A stretch of DNA of 63,946 bases, the filler included, from Reticulomyxa filosa (lineage: Eukaryota; Protista; Foraminifera), in the NCBI GenBank assembly GCA_000512085.1. It is 16 parts of 16 records of this genome, joined end to end, with 100 filler letters (N's around TTAATTAATTAA, not from the genome) between each part and the next. Parts side by side here need not be neighbours in the genome. Positions count along the whole stretch, not along the records: positions 22,991 to 27,689 come from ASPP01027042.1; positions 27,790 to 32,348 come from ASPP01003643.1; positions 32,449 to 47,604 come from ASPP01003235.1; 13 more parts are not named here. One strand, given 5' to 3'. Shown here piece after piece: positions 24,249-36,365 of the stretch. A program made the translations under genes and the position numbers. Below the pieces are notes generated by a model that saw nothing but the letters and a program-made list of their open reading frames with translations, did not search any database and was not told the DNA's origin. The number at the start of each line of letters is the position of its first letter. The first letter of the stretch is position 1.

Positions 24249-25068
24249 ATGAAGAACAAGCCATCCAAAATACCACGATTGAGCCTTGACCATGTGACGA
24301 AAGAGTATGCAAAGGATGTGTACGAGCCATCAGCAGACACATATCTGTTAGTGGACGCAATAGAATCGGACGCAATGACTGGACGGCTAAACAAATGCTT
24401 CACAAAGAGTGACTCCAAAACCAGTAATGCATTTCACATTGTGGAAATTGGTTGTGGCAGTGGAGTGGTGATCACCAGTGTGTACCACATATTGCAACAA
24501 TACGTATTTCCGACATTTGAAAAACCGAATTACTTTGTCAGCGAATTCATTGTCACTGACATTAATGCGAAGGCTTTGTATTGCACCACAAAAACATGGG
24601 ATAAAAATACCTCCCTTTGCCACCCCTCAAATTCTGGCTCCACTTTTTACTCCTTCTTCTCTAACCTCTACTTCGTCCAGAGGTTGGAGCCAGTTGACTT
24701 GTGTGCAAACTACTTTGTTAGAAAGTTTGGAGTTAGACCAGCGGATTGATCTGTTGATATTCAACCCCCCTTATGTGGCGACCGAACTTTCCGAACTTGA
24801 ACGAGCCCACAACGAGAGGCAATTGGCTGCCGCATGGGCAGGTGGTCCGAATGGGACGTTTTGGATTGATATATTACTCCCTTGTGTTTCCACCTTATTG
24901 TCCAAAGATGGAGCCTTTTATTTGGTCACAATTGCATCCAACAACCCCTATCACATTCTCCAAGTGATGAAAACCCAATTTCACTTGTTCGGAACTATTG
25001 TGTGTAGAAAAAGAGTCTCTGAAGAAATGCTCTTTATCCTAAGGTTTTCTAGAGATCCAGAGTCGTAA
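24249..25068 (+). CDS. N6AMT1: HemK2/N6AMT1 (Mtq2) eRF1 glutamine methyltransferase, split over two frames
   Basis: VYEPSADTYLL, VEIGCGSGVV and TDIN in one frame; DLLIFNPPYV, AWAGGPNG and LSKDGAFYLV in the +1 frame. Confidence 0.9.
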
Positions 25069-25325
25069 GACTTTTTTTTTTTTTTTTCCCTTTCAATTGG
25101 CAAAACAAAAAATTGAAAAATTTTTGATTTTAAATATGTCGGTTCAAAAAAGAAATTTTGTTATTGCAAACGGCAAACGAAAAGGAGAGAGAAAAAAAGG
25201 GTATCCTACCCCTTTTTAAATAACAATAAAAAAAATTAAGAGAAACAAATAAATAGATAATATATATTTTTTTTTTCTCCCTCTCCATTCAACTTCATCC
25301 TCAAATATCCAAATAAGAAATCTCA

Positions 25326-25979
25326 ATGACAAGTTACGACGTTGTCGTGCTTGTGCTGACAATGATAGCAGTAGGCCTGGTGTTAGTGTTGGCCTGCTTG
25401 TGCGCAGGATGTTGTGTGCGTAAATGCTGGCGCACAAACGACTCAGACCAAGAGTATTCCGACACGCACCTGATGGACACGGGCAAAGACCACGGCGTAG
25501 TGGACAACCAGAAGTCACTATCCGACGAGAGCCAAGGCCAGGCATATCCATTGATAGTGCCGATGAGGTCATCAGCGACACTCAATCAAGGTCAGACACA
25601 GATGACAGTGCACTCCTCGTCCTTCCAAGGCCCGGGATCGGGAATGCCCCTCGGCATGGGCGCGAGCAGAGGAATGGGCATGGGTATGAGTATGGGATCG
25701 GGAACCTCTCAAGTGCCATCAGGTAAAAAAGACTTTCCAAGTCGTCCGAATTCGGCTGCAAACACACCAAAAAACTCGCCGTCCTTGCGTCCTGTAGTCC
25801 AGTTGCCGATGGCCCGAAGCGACCCAATGACCTCTTCATTGGAGAGTGGTAATGACAACAGTGGCAAAACTTTTCCTGCCACTACTACCACGTTCACTGG
25901 TACCATTGCAAATGACAATATTAATGTTAATGTTAATGTTAATGTTATTGATGACATTGCCAATAACAATAATAGTAAC

Positions 25980-26023
<44 letters not shown>

Positions 26024-26635
26024 CAATGAAAACGTATCCCCAAATCAAATTGGATCAATGGCCAAAACAAAATATGGACTTGCACGAACTAGTACGAACA
26101 TGTACCGAGAAAAAGACAACATGCAATCATCATTAGTGGATCGTTTTTTATATCCGATCAACCATCCCAATCACCCTGATCAAAAATCTAAACCACTTTC
26201 TGCAAACTCTTCTTTTTCTTCTTCTTCTGTTGGTCCTGGTGCTGGTACTTTCTCGTCCTCTTTTCTTCTCAAAAAGCGACCGAGCAACAACGACCTCAGT
26301 GATCTCCAACTCAACAGCAACAACAAGCTGTATAATACGTCCCCCGAAACGTGGTTCTGTCCATGCCTGTTATCCACGAGCTTAGCATCACCAAGTCGTC
26401 TGGTGCCATTGCCGTGATGCAGCTGCCCATACAGACACAAAGCAAAGTATGTCGAACTTTTAACTGCTACGTGGTTCAAAATGTTTCTAACACAAAAAAA
26501 GTACGTAAATGAAGTCATCAACAAATTTTTTTTTCCCCCCCTTTCGCGAAATAAACTTTGACCACTTTCAATTTTTTTTGATTAAAAAAAAAAAAAAACG
26601 GCTTGTTTCCATAAACGATTTGAAAACTGGGCCCT

Positions 26636-26670
<35 letters not shown>

Positions 26671-27689
26671 TGTGAAAATGGATCAGTAAGTGAACCTTGC
26701 TATGATGAGGCAAAATATTCGGGGCCTCCTGGCAAGTATCCCGGTGGACACGTGTCGAGTTGGAACGAGGAAGCTCCGCAGTTTGCAGAGCGATTGGGTG
26801 TGCCTGGAAGCAATAACAACAACAACAACAGCAATATGGCTTGCGGAGGTGGTAGCGGCAATGACAACACGACGCCAACCACATCGGACAGCGGCAGCGG
26901 AGGGGTAGTGCAAATGTTGGTGAACCCAATGTTATATACAGCCCCCAATGGACTGTCGTCCATGTGTTGGGTGCCTCCCCCGCTGACGGTCATTGAGGGA
27001 CGTAACTCGATGATCCAGAATAACATTGGTGCGACAGCAACCACAATAATAGGCAAGTCGACGAATCGAATCACAAGTGGTAGTGGTGGTGGTGGTGGTG
27101 GTGGCAATGGAAAGTCAATGGGGCTGCTAAATCTGAATCGCGCACAAACGATTCAAACTTTGACCTCGGGCAGCACGGTTGCGATGAGAAACGTCGATGC
27201 TGACACAGGTGGTGGAACGAAAGGATTGATAGCGTCAACGTCGGAGGTGATGAGCGCCACGCAAGGATCGCACGTCAGCTATCACAGCAGCAGTAGCAGC
27301 AACAGCAGCTCGGACAATGTCGGCAAAGCACTTCTCCAAAGAAGTTCCACCGTCAACTTGAACCCCCAAGAACACAAGGCACTGTCGCAACGAGGCTCGC
27401 GCGTCAACAAGTACACGCAGCACTTGGAAGCCAGCAAGCTGGCCGAAATAAGCATCAACGACATTGTCTTTGAGCGTTGCATCGGCGGGGGCAAGTTCGG
27501 CAAAGTCCACAAGGCCTTGTGGATCTCAAAGACCGTCGCCGTCAAGTGTCTTCGTGCAAATGAGGTTAATGAAAAAGAATTTGAAGACTTTGCACGAGAA
27601 ATATGTAGTTTTTTTTTTTTTTTATTTTTTTGAAAAAAAAAAAAAAAACGTGGAAGGAACGTGTCAAATTTTTTTAAAGATTGACTTGT
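25326..27689 (+). CDS. Membrane-anchored TKL-type protein kinase, spliced, 3' truncated
   Basis: N-terminal TM helix plus Cys cluster, long Ser/Asn/Gly low-complexity region, then IVFERCIGGGKFGKVHKALW...VAVKCL...EDFAREI (kinase subdomains I-III). Confidence 0.85.
25980..26021 (+). repeat. (AAT)n microsatellite encoding poly-Asn
   Basis: About 14 AAT units in frame in the kinase ORF. Confidence 0.95.
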
Positions 27690-28365
27690 NNNNNNNNNNN
27701 NNNNNNNNNNNNNNNNNNNNNNNNNNNNNNNNNTTAATTAATTAANNNNNNNNNNNNNNNNNNNNNNNNNNNNNNNNNNNNNNNNNNNNAACATTATCTC
27801 TGCCATTGTTTAGAGTCAAATGCTTGTATAAAGTTTAGCAGGTTCAACAAGAAAGTGTTACTTTGAAGATTAATCACATTTTCCCTGCAAAAAAATTTTG
27901 ATAAAAAATTTAGGTCAACTATATAGATTAATCATTATATAAAGATCAGAATTCTACAACATTGTGGAATGTAAAATCGTCTAAATTCTTTACGGACAAT
28001 CATGAGACCCGGATGGGGGGAAGACGTGGTGCATGCAGCGACGGTAGCTTAACTTGTTCGTGGAGCAGTGACCCGTACTCAAATTGGACGGTTTTTTATT
28101 GCCTTTTTTTCAAAAAATTATCTACTTTATTCTTGACAAGAAAACTTTTAATCTTTTTTTTTGGACGAAATCGGATTTTATTGTGTTTCGAGACTAGGAG
28201 CTATTGCCAATAGATCTTGAGAAAGTATAAAAATAAAGTCATTTTGCCCACACGCTACAGTACAAAGATAGCAAGGGGTCTTTTTAAAAAAGAAGTGGCT
28301 GAAAGTTTGCGATATAAACAAGAGTCAATATTGATGACTATGTTAAAAAGTTTAAAAAATGGTAA

Positions 28366-30280
28366 TTACTTGTACACAGTGTCAGTATCCAAAAAGTAAT
28401 GCATTCTGTTTAAAGGGTCCTTTTCAGGTTGCAATAATACAGTTTTATATTCCGGTTTCCAGTCTTTACACTTTGTACGCTTATAGTTTATCAAAGCGCT
28501 GTTAATTCTAGTTAAGACTTGGTGTAACATCCACACATGATGATGTCCATCAGTGGAATCCTTCTCAAAGGCCAATTTATGAAGAGGTACCTCAACGAGC
28601 AATGGTATGTCGCAATTGTGTAATATGTCACTCGGGACATGTCCCTTATGAAAATTGAAACCGCTTGTTTTCAAGTGTCCTGAAGGACGATCAGTACCTA
28701 ACCAATATCCATGACAATAATGAATGATATGCATGCCAGCGGTTAGGTCGGAAGTGTCATTCAGGAAACCCCAAGCAAGTTTGTCCCAAGGTTCCAAACT
28801 CGAACTAGTTTCGGGATCACTTACCATCGAAAACAGCATTTGATGCTTCAAGTCATAATGGGCACAAGCTAGGGCATAAGAATACATTTCTGCCAAAATG
28901 CTTGGAGGGGGATCTTTCTCTAGGCTTGGCGGGGAATACTCGACCCACTTTGGCACTATTAGCTTCCAATCGTCCGTGTGCATCATGTAAGGAGGACCAA
29001 CTGAGTAATGCTTCCATGCAGTGCCCTCATCTACCTTTTTACAACTTTCTGTCGTACAAAGTCCCCAGGTTATCCATTTGTCACCAATTCCATATAATTG
29101 TGATATTGGATGTCCCTTTCTCAACTTTTTTTTTTGTGATTGTTTTGGTCCCCCCCTCAGAAGAGTTTTTGTTGTTTGTTTAAGTTTGGGTAGAGTAACC
29201 TGTAAATGTTCTGGAAGAGATTGACTAAAATGAAAATCAAAAATCTTTGTGATGATCATGTCTGGATCCAAAAGTACCAAATAAGACTCCAAAAGCTCAA
29301 CTTCTTGCAGAAATTTATGCATCCCAAATGGCTTGTTGAAGTAATGAAATGGAGAACCTCCTCCTTTAAGATTGCGTTCTTCTTCATTTTCACCGGGAGT
29401 ATAATCAGGCGAAAAAAAGAAATGGACTCGTTCGGAGACGATCGCAGTGTCCATAGCCAGTAATTTTTCTTTCAACGACTGACAACCACTTACAATACGT
29501 GTTATTTGTCCTGGGTGTTTCAATCTAGCCCACGAATATAACAACACCTCACTTTCCCAATTTTGTTGTTCACTGCATCCACTACTTATCACAATGTGCA
29601 CATCATCTTTTGTATTTCTTATGTGTTGGCGCAATGACCGTGATAAGTTCTTTTATTTTATTTTTGAAAAAAACAAAAATCTTTTTTTTTTCCCAACAAA
29701 AGTACTTTGAAGAATTTGTATGCATGTGTTACACTCATCTTTTTCATTTGTTGCAATAAATGGACACAGTAGAAAAAAAAAATAAAAAATTTGTTTTTTT
29801 GAACTATTTTTAAACGAGCAGAATTGACATATGTCAAGTTTGCTATTTCTTCATCAGTGTAACGATCAAGTTTTGATATGTCATTCATTTTGTTTGCAAA
29901 AAATGGTGAAACAGTCAAGGGGGCATTGATTGTTGTCAATGTGGTATCTGTGTTTTGTTTGTTGTACATAAGGAGAATAATTACAACTACAACAATTGTG
30001 CATATGAAGCAGCCCATCGATGCGATTTCTTGTGGCCCATATGTCCTGTCTTCTTTTGTGCTCACATTTTGAAGCTCTTTTTTGTTGTCTCTATTGTCAT
30101 TTGTCCCTGTCGTGTTGGGATTGGCAGCTACATAATGTTGGCCTGTTTCAGACCGTTGTAAAGGGGTGGCACTGCTTCCTTTTTTTTGTTTTTTCTTACG
30201 CTGATGAAACAATTCGAAGTTTTCTAGACCTTATAATTTAAAAAAAGACCTGACACAAATTTACGGCGCCTTTCGGTCAT
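28366..30280 (-). CDS. Type II membrane glycosyltransferase, peptidyl-serine alpha-galactosyltransferase (SGT1)/hydroxyproline O-arabinosyltransferase (HPAT)-like; start uncertain
   Basis: N-proximal TM; HIVISSGCSEQQNWE, PGQITRIVSGC, FNKPFG, LLDPDM (DxD), VGPPYMMH, AEMYSY, HIIHYC. Confidence 0.8.
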
Positions 30281-30416
30281 ATTTAATTGATGACAATTTA
30301 TCAAAAATTAAAAAGTTCATTTTTTTTTCACCCGAGGACACGTTCCAAAAGAACTCTGTTAGTACAAAGTTTGCCCTCGAGTCAACTGTGCAACATTATT
30401 GAGCTAGCTAGTACCT

Positions 30417-31213
30417 TCAACCTGTAAAACCATCGGTCAAGGCATCAATTTTCTGCTGAATTCCAATCATCAGCTTAGTTTCTTCTCCATTTTCCTCTTG
30501 TGCCAGAACAATTCTTTCACTCATCTTGTCTAAGGTTTTCTGTTAGTAAAGCATTAAAAGAGCTGCTTTTTTAAAAAAATAACCAAAAAATGCAATAATA
30601 AAAACTTTGAGCATTTGCCCAAATTCATGTGCCATGTCTTCCATTTTTTTTTTCCACTCTTCTATTTCCTCATTTTTTTCTTTTATTTGACTTTGTGCTT
30701 TTTTTTCAAGATTATTTTTCTCTGTTTGCAAAAGACTAATTTCTTTATTTTTTTCTTCAATAATTTCTGTTAATGTGTCAATTTTGTTTGTTAGTTCATC
30801 TCTCATCAATTTATATTGTCGCGTCATATTTGCGGTTATGACAAAGGTTTTTTGTTTTTCTGCTTCATAATCCTGCAAAACATCATTTTTACAAAGTTTC
30901 AAAAGCAAAGAAGATTTTAAAAAATGAATATAAGTGCTTTATACTGCATTTAGTGCCTCATAATGCTGTCGAAATTCTTTCATTCCAGACTCAATTTCAC
31001 TTGCTTTGATTTTTTCATAAACTGAAACAACAAAGCCAAACTCTTTTTTTTTCTCCAAACAAGTGGAAGGTAACAAACTTAATTGATGCTTCAAAGACTC
31101 GATTTGAGTTTTGAGTAAAGTATTTTCATCTTGTAATGATAATGGCTCCTCTCCACTTGTTGGTTCTTTCTTAGTATTTGCTTTTTTTTTTTAGTGGATT
31201 TTTTCTTGCTCAT
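30417..31213 (-). CDS. CCDC153/DRC12-like axonemal coiled-coil protein, spliced
   Basis: Basic N-terminus, ITANMTRQYKLMRDEL and KMEDMAHEFGQMLK-TLDKMSERI resemble CCDC153/DRC12. Confidence 0.7.
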
Positions 31214-31573
31214 ATTGATATTAGAGATTTTTCTTTAAAAAAATGAAAAAAAAAATTAAAGCTATTTAATCTCATCAACGGCAATAATTGACGTCGATTT
31301 TTGTGACGAATTTAAATTATTTTTTAACATCTTATTGTAATAAGAAAATGATAATCGTACATATAATAAACTTTTCTTGCTCATAAATCCGACCATTTTT
31401 GCGGTGCTTTGTTATTTCAAATTTGATTTTCATAATTTTTTAACGTATTTTTTTAGTAAAAACAAATCTGGGTTGATTTAATGCTACACTAGAGCTTCTT
31501 TCCTGTTTCTAACGACTAGACTTTTCGTAGGGTTTGTAAAGTTCTTTTCAATTATCTCAAAAAACTCTAAGTA

Positions 31574-32217
31574 ATGGCTGAAGAACCAGAACAAACAAAA
31601 GCTTCTGAAGAAATAGCCGAAAATCCATTGGCGAAAGCTGACGATGAAGAGGAAATATATTCAAATATCTCAGATAGAACAGCCAAACGCAACGAACTAG
31701 CAAAGTCACTGTTTGGAATACTCTCACCAGCAGTAAAACAATGTGACCAAGTGGTAAGAGGAGTATTTCAATCTCAACAAAAAGTCTTGAACGAAATAGC
31801 AAATTTAGAGAAAAGTTGAGAAGTATTCCCTATCCCCTCTGATTAAAAAAATGAATACTAAACAAAAACAAATGTAAACAATTCGAAAACGCAGCATTAA
31901 ATGAATGGCAGAAAAAAGAAGAGGAAAGACGTCAAAAACAAAAGCAAGAAACACAAAGTGACGGGAAAACGGTTGAAGTTGTGGACGACAGGTTTAAGGA
32001 ATATCTCCAAAAATTGCGCGCCACACGCCAAAAGCTGAATAAACTATCGATACAATTGGGCATGATTCACCATCGACTGGATGTGGTACTTTATTATTTT
32101 AATTTTTACTGTTGTTATACGTTGATATATTAATGTAATCAAGTTATTGTTGTTTTGATTGAATAGATTAAAGATACTGCAAAACGAAAACTGGGCAAAA
32201 ACATTCAGTTGTGGTAA
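31574..32217 (+). CDS. SNAPIN: Snapin (BLOC-1 subunit 7)-like, 3 exons
   Basis: LAKSLFGILSPAVKQCDQVVRGVFQSQQKVLNEIANL and YLQKLRATRQKLNKL...IHHRL match the two Snapin helices. Confidence 0.75.
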
Positions 32218-32879
32218 TGTTCGAATTAGGTTCGACACTTTTTCAAAACTTCATTAATAGTACTCTCTTTCATCCCCTTTTTTCTCAAAAATTTTTTTGT
32301 TCTTATCCATCTCACATTTTTATTTTCAGCATCAATGACAAAAAAAAANNNNNNNNNNNNNNNNNNNNNNNNNNNNNNNNNNNNNNNNNNNNTTAATTAA
32401 TTAANNNNNNNNNNNNNNNNNNNNNNNNNNNNNNNNNNNNNNNNNNNNTTGGTGGATAGTAAAGACAATGATTCAAAAAAGGACCATTTAATACTATTGA
32501 AGAAATTTGGAACCAGTTCGAAACAGAATGTGAAAAAATAGAAAAAAATATTTGAAAAACTTAATAAAGTCAATTCCAAAGAAAATACAATCAGTTAAAA
32601 AAGCCAAATGAGATATAACACGTCGGTAAACTTAAATTAAATTTTAAAAAACAAATCTTATCATAATAAGGCAACAACAAAAAATTTTTTTAAAGTAAAT
32701 GAAAGATTAAAATTTTTGAAAAAATTAGAAATATTAATAAAAAGCCAAAATGATATTCAAAAACTACACGATTTGTAGATTTTTTTTTTTAAAAAATTTT
32801 GATTAAATGTTATTTTTTCATGGAGAAACACAATCATCTATATAAGGTGGCATTTTATGTGCCAACTTTCTTTTTTATC

Positions 32880-33225
32880 TTAATGTATTTGTAATTGTTG
32901 GCTATCTTTAATATCCCAAAAAAAAGTGGTTTTGTCAAGTGATGAAAAACAAATAACATAACGGCAATTATTATGATAATGATATTATGAAAATTTTACT
33001 CAAGACAACCATTCTGGATGTCCATTGAATACTTGAATTTGTTTGTTTGCTTCAACATCCCATACACGAACTGTGTTACCATATTATCAAGAACAAAGAA
33101 ATTGACTCCCATCAAATGTTAAACAATCAATGCTACTTACACAATTAGTATGTTCAGCGAATGTTGTGAGTAATTTAGACGATGCACAATATATGTCAAG
33201 TATAAAAAATTTAGTGGCCTATATT
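32880..33225 (-). pseudogene. Degenerate tandem paralogue of the adjacent WD40 gene
   Basis: LDIYCASSKLLTTFAEHTNCVSSID...NTVRVWDVEANKQIQVFNGH...VKFS*YHY aligns to the start of the 33612-34769 ORF, with several stops. Confidence 0.8.
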
Positions 33226-33611
33226 AATGATAATTAACATAAGACGAAATACATATAAACATTATTAACCTAACAATAAAATAATTATTTAGAGTAATTA
33301 CTTTTAATTGGCTTTTTACAGTTATTAGGAAAACAATTAAAAGATATCTTTAATGAGTTCATGAATAAATCAAAAATCAGGAATTACCAAAAAGCAAAAC
33401 ACATTGAGAGTGAACACTACATTAATGTTGTTAGTGCTGAAACTATTGAATGACTGATGTCGCTGAGCGAAAAAGAAATGTTACACAAAAAGATCAACGA
33501 AATAAAATTAAATTGTATTTAAAAAATTGATAAAACAAACAGTAATTTACCAACTGATTATGGATAAAGATATTATGAAAGAATTTGAAGGTGAAGAGAT
33601 GTTGAATGTGT

Positions 33612-34987
33612 TCATCCCCAAATACGAATACTACCATTGACTGAACAGTAACATAAATTGATTTCACAATTTTGATTTGTTTTATCATTATCATTTCTAT
33701 TCTTTTTCGATGATATAAATTTAAAACATCTTATTCCATAATCTTCTTGAATATCTCCTTTGATCATATATAACTCTTTCTTATTTGATCGAATATCCCA
33801 AAATCGAATTGTATTATCAAATGATCCAGAGCATATCACACTTGAATTATCACTAACTTCAATGTTATTTACTACAAATGGTGAATATTCAACAGTATAT
33901 ACAGTACTTTTATGTCCATTGAACACTTGAATTTGTTGACAAGATCGAATATCCCATAAGCGAACGCTTTTATCATTTGATCCAGATAATATTGTATTTA
34001 CATTACTATTTATTAATTCATTTGATCCGTATTTTACACTCCAAACATTACTTTCATGTCCATTGAAAACAGTTAATTGCTTGGATGTTTCAATATCCCA
34101 TATACGAATAGTTCCATCATATGATCCAGAACAAATAGTATATCCATTACCACCAATCAAACCAATAATATTACTTTTATTATTATCATTCTTGTTATTT
34201 TTGATGCTTTGTAACGGTGAAAAATCTGTGCATAAAACACCTTTTGTATGTCCTTTGAAAACATGTAATGATTTATGTGTTTCAACATCATATAAGTGAA
34301 TAGTCCTGTCATTAGACCCAGAACATAAATATTGACCACCATTAAATGATGAAAATTCAATGCAAAAAACAGAATCAGTATGCTGATTGTATCTTTGAAA
34401 TGCTATATTATCTTTGAAATCCCAAAAACTAATCGTTTTGTCATCTGATGAAGAACAAACGACATTACGACGATGATTACGATAATGATATGGTGAAAAT
34501 TTCACACAATACACAGACTTTGAATGTCCATTGAATGATTGAATTTGTTCGTTGTTATCAACATCCCATACACGAATTGTACTATCAGCTGATCCAGAAC
34601 AAATAAATTGATTATCATTGAGTACTGAATAATCAATACTATAAATCCAATTCTTATGTCCGGTGAAAGTTTTGAGTAATTTGGACGATGAACAAAATGT
34701 ATCAAGCATAAAAATATTAGCTGCCTGTATTAAATTGTAAACATAAAATAATAAATAAATATTTATCATTGAATAAAAAACATAACATATTTGGCAACAA
34801 TTTTGTCAAAATCATGAATCCATCCTAATTTAATCTTTGATATTCGAATCCAATGTTTGATAATGTTTTGAATTTCATCTTTTTCTGACTGATTCAACAA
34901 CAAATACATTACACGCAATAAAATCTAAAGACAACTAATTTCCTGAAAGAATGAAAAGAAGCTTACTAATGACAGTTGCATGGACAT
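33612..34987 (-). CDS. WD40-repeat protein with short N-terminal exons
   Basis: About seven GH...CSGS-D-TIR-WD repeats; upstream exon IIKHWIRISKIKLGWIHDFDKIVAKY. Confidence 0.95.
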
Positions 34988-36365
34988 TTCTTTTTCTTTC
35001 AATTTTTTTGAGAGCTCCTTAGATGATAGAAGATGAAAAAATGTTCGACTTTTTTCTATCAAGACCAACGAAGAGGTTGTCAACGCAAATTGATTACAAT
35101 CACATAACTTTTCATTATTTAACTTTTCAAGGCTTTTATTAATTATTTTTCATTCTTACAAAAGAAAGAAAATTCATCAGAAATTAAAAATCAAAAAATT
35201 TCAACATTTTGTCATTTTATTTTTTAGAATTTTAGGAAATTTAAAACACAGAACAAAAATGATTGAATTCTCTATTAAAAAGTAACATTTAACACTTTTA
35301 AAAATATGTACAAATAGCGTGGTTTTTAAATATGGCTTTGATTTTAGTTTTTGCATCTTTCCTAATGTAGGGCAAGTCCCTATTATACAATCTCAAATAC
35401 TAATGAAACGGTGAGACCCCCGGTGGGTTAAAACCCTCTTCACAACACAACTCACTTTTGTGTTTTCTTTACTCGTTTTCCTTTCTTGTGTTGAGATTAT
35501 TTTTGTTAATTTAATTTCCTTTTACTAAATTTGCTTTTTGGAACTAAGTTCCTTTCGTATTACACTTAGTCGTCTCCCTGTTCCTACACTAATTGCTTCA
35601 AAAAATTTGAATCTTTTATTGGCTTTGGGTCGTACTATCGTAACCATAAATCGCCAACTTTTTTAGAGGTGTTTTCAAATGTTCTGTAATAAATTTTTAA
35701 AAACAAGGTACTAAAACAAAAATTACTAAAAGAGTAAAGAAGAAAAATAAATGACGATAAAGTAAATTTTAATGTTAAGAATGTAATGGCGACAAGAAAG
35801 AATTTAAATTTTCATCTTTTTTTTAGTATTGTGCTGTATTAACTGCTTGATTCGTAGTTTTAAAATTATTTTTTTTGTATAATTTATCTTTTAGAGAATA
35901 AAAAAGCACACGAGATTCTAATAAGCTAAAAACAAAAAGAGGAAATAAAGACAAAAGTTCGAAAAAATTCTTCGAAAAATAAAATAACATTTTTTTGCAA
36001 AAAAATTTTATTATAAAAAAGATTGAAATTTTTGAAACAATTAGGAAAGGTGCAAAATGAAAATCAAAACCATATTTAAAAATTACATGATTCAAAGATA
36101 TTTTATAATTGTTGTTTCTTCTTGGAAAGTCGATCATCTCTATAAGTTGCCAACTTTCTTTCTTTTTTCATTTGTTTTGTTTCATTGATTCTAAAGATTA
36201 TTTTTTAATTGAAAAAATTAGTTCCTGTATTGACAAATTTTCCGTTGATTAATAAAATAAGCGCATTTAAGTCATTACTTTGCCAAGACCAGCCGCCCTG
36301 TGACTAACGTGTTTCACGATAAAAGGGGTTCACTGGAAAAAAGAGCGTTCACTATTGTCTTTGCT

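Noticed and set aside
35368-35445. GC-richer island with small hairpins (GGGTTAAAACCC) as a hammerhead ribozyme or tRNA
   Set aside because: No CTGATGA/GAAA core in the correct stems and no cloverleaf or T-loop.
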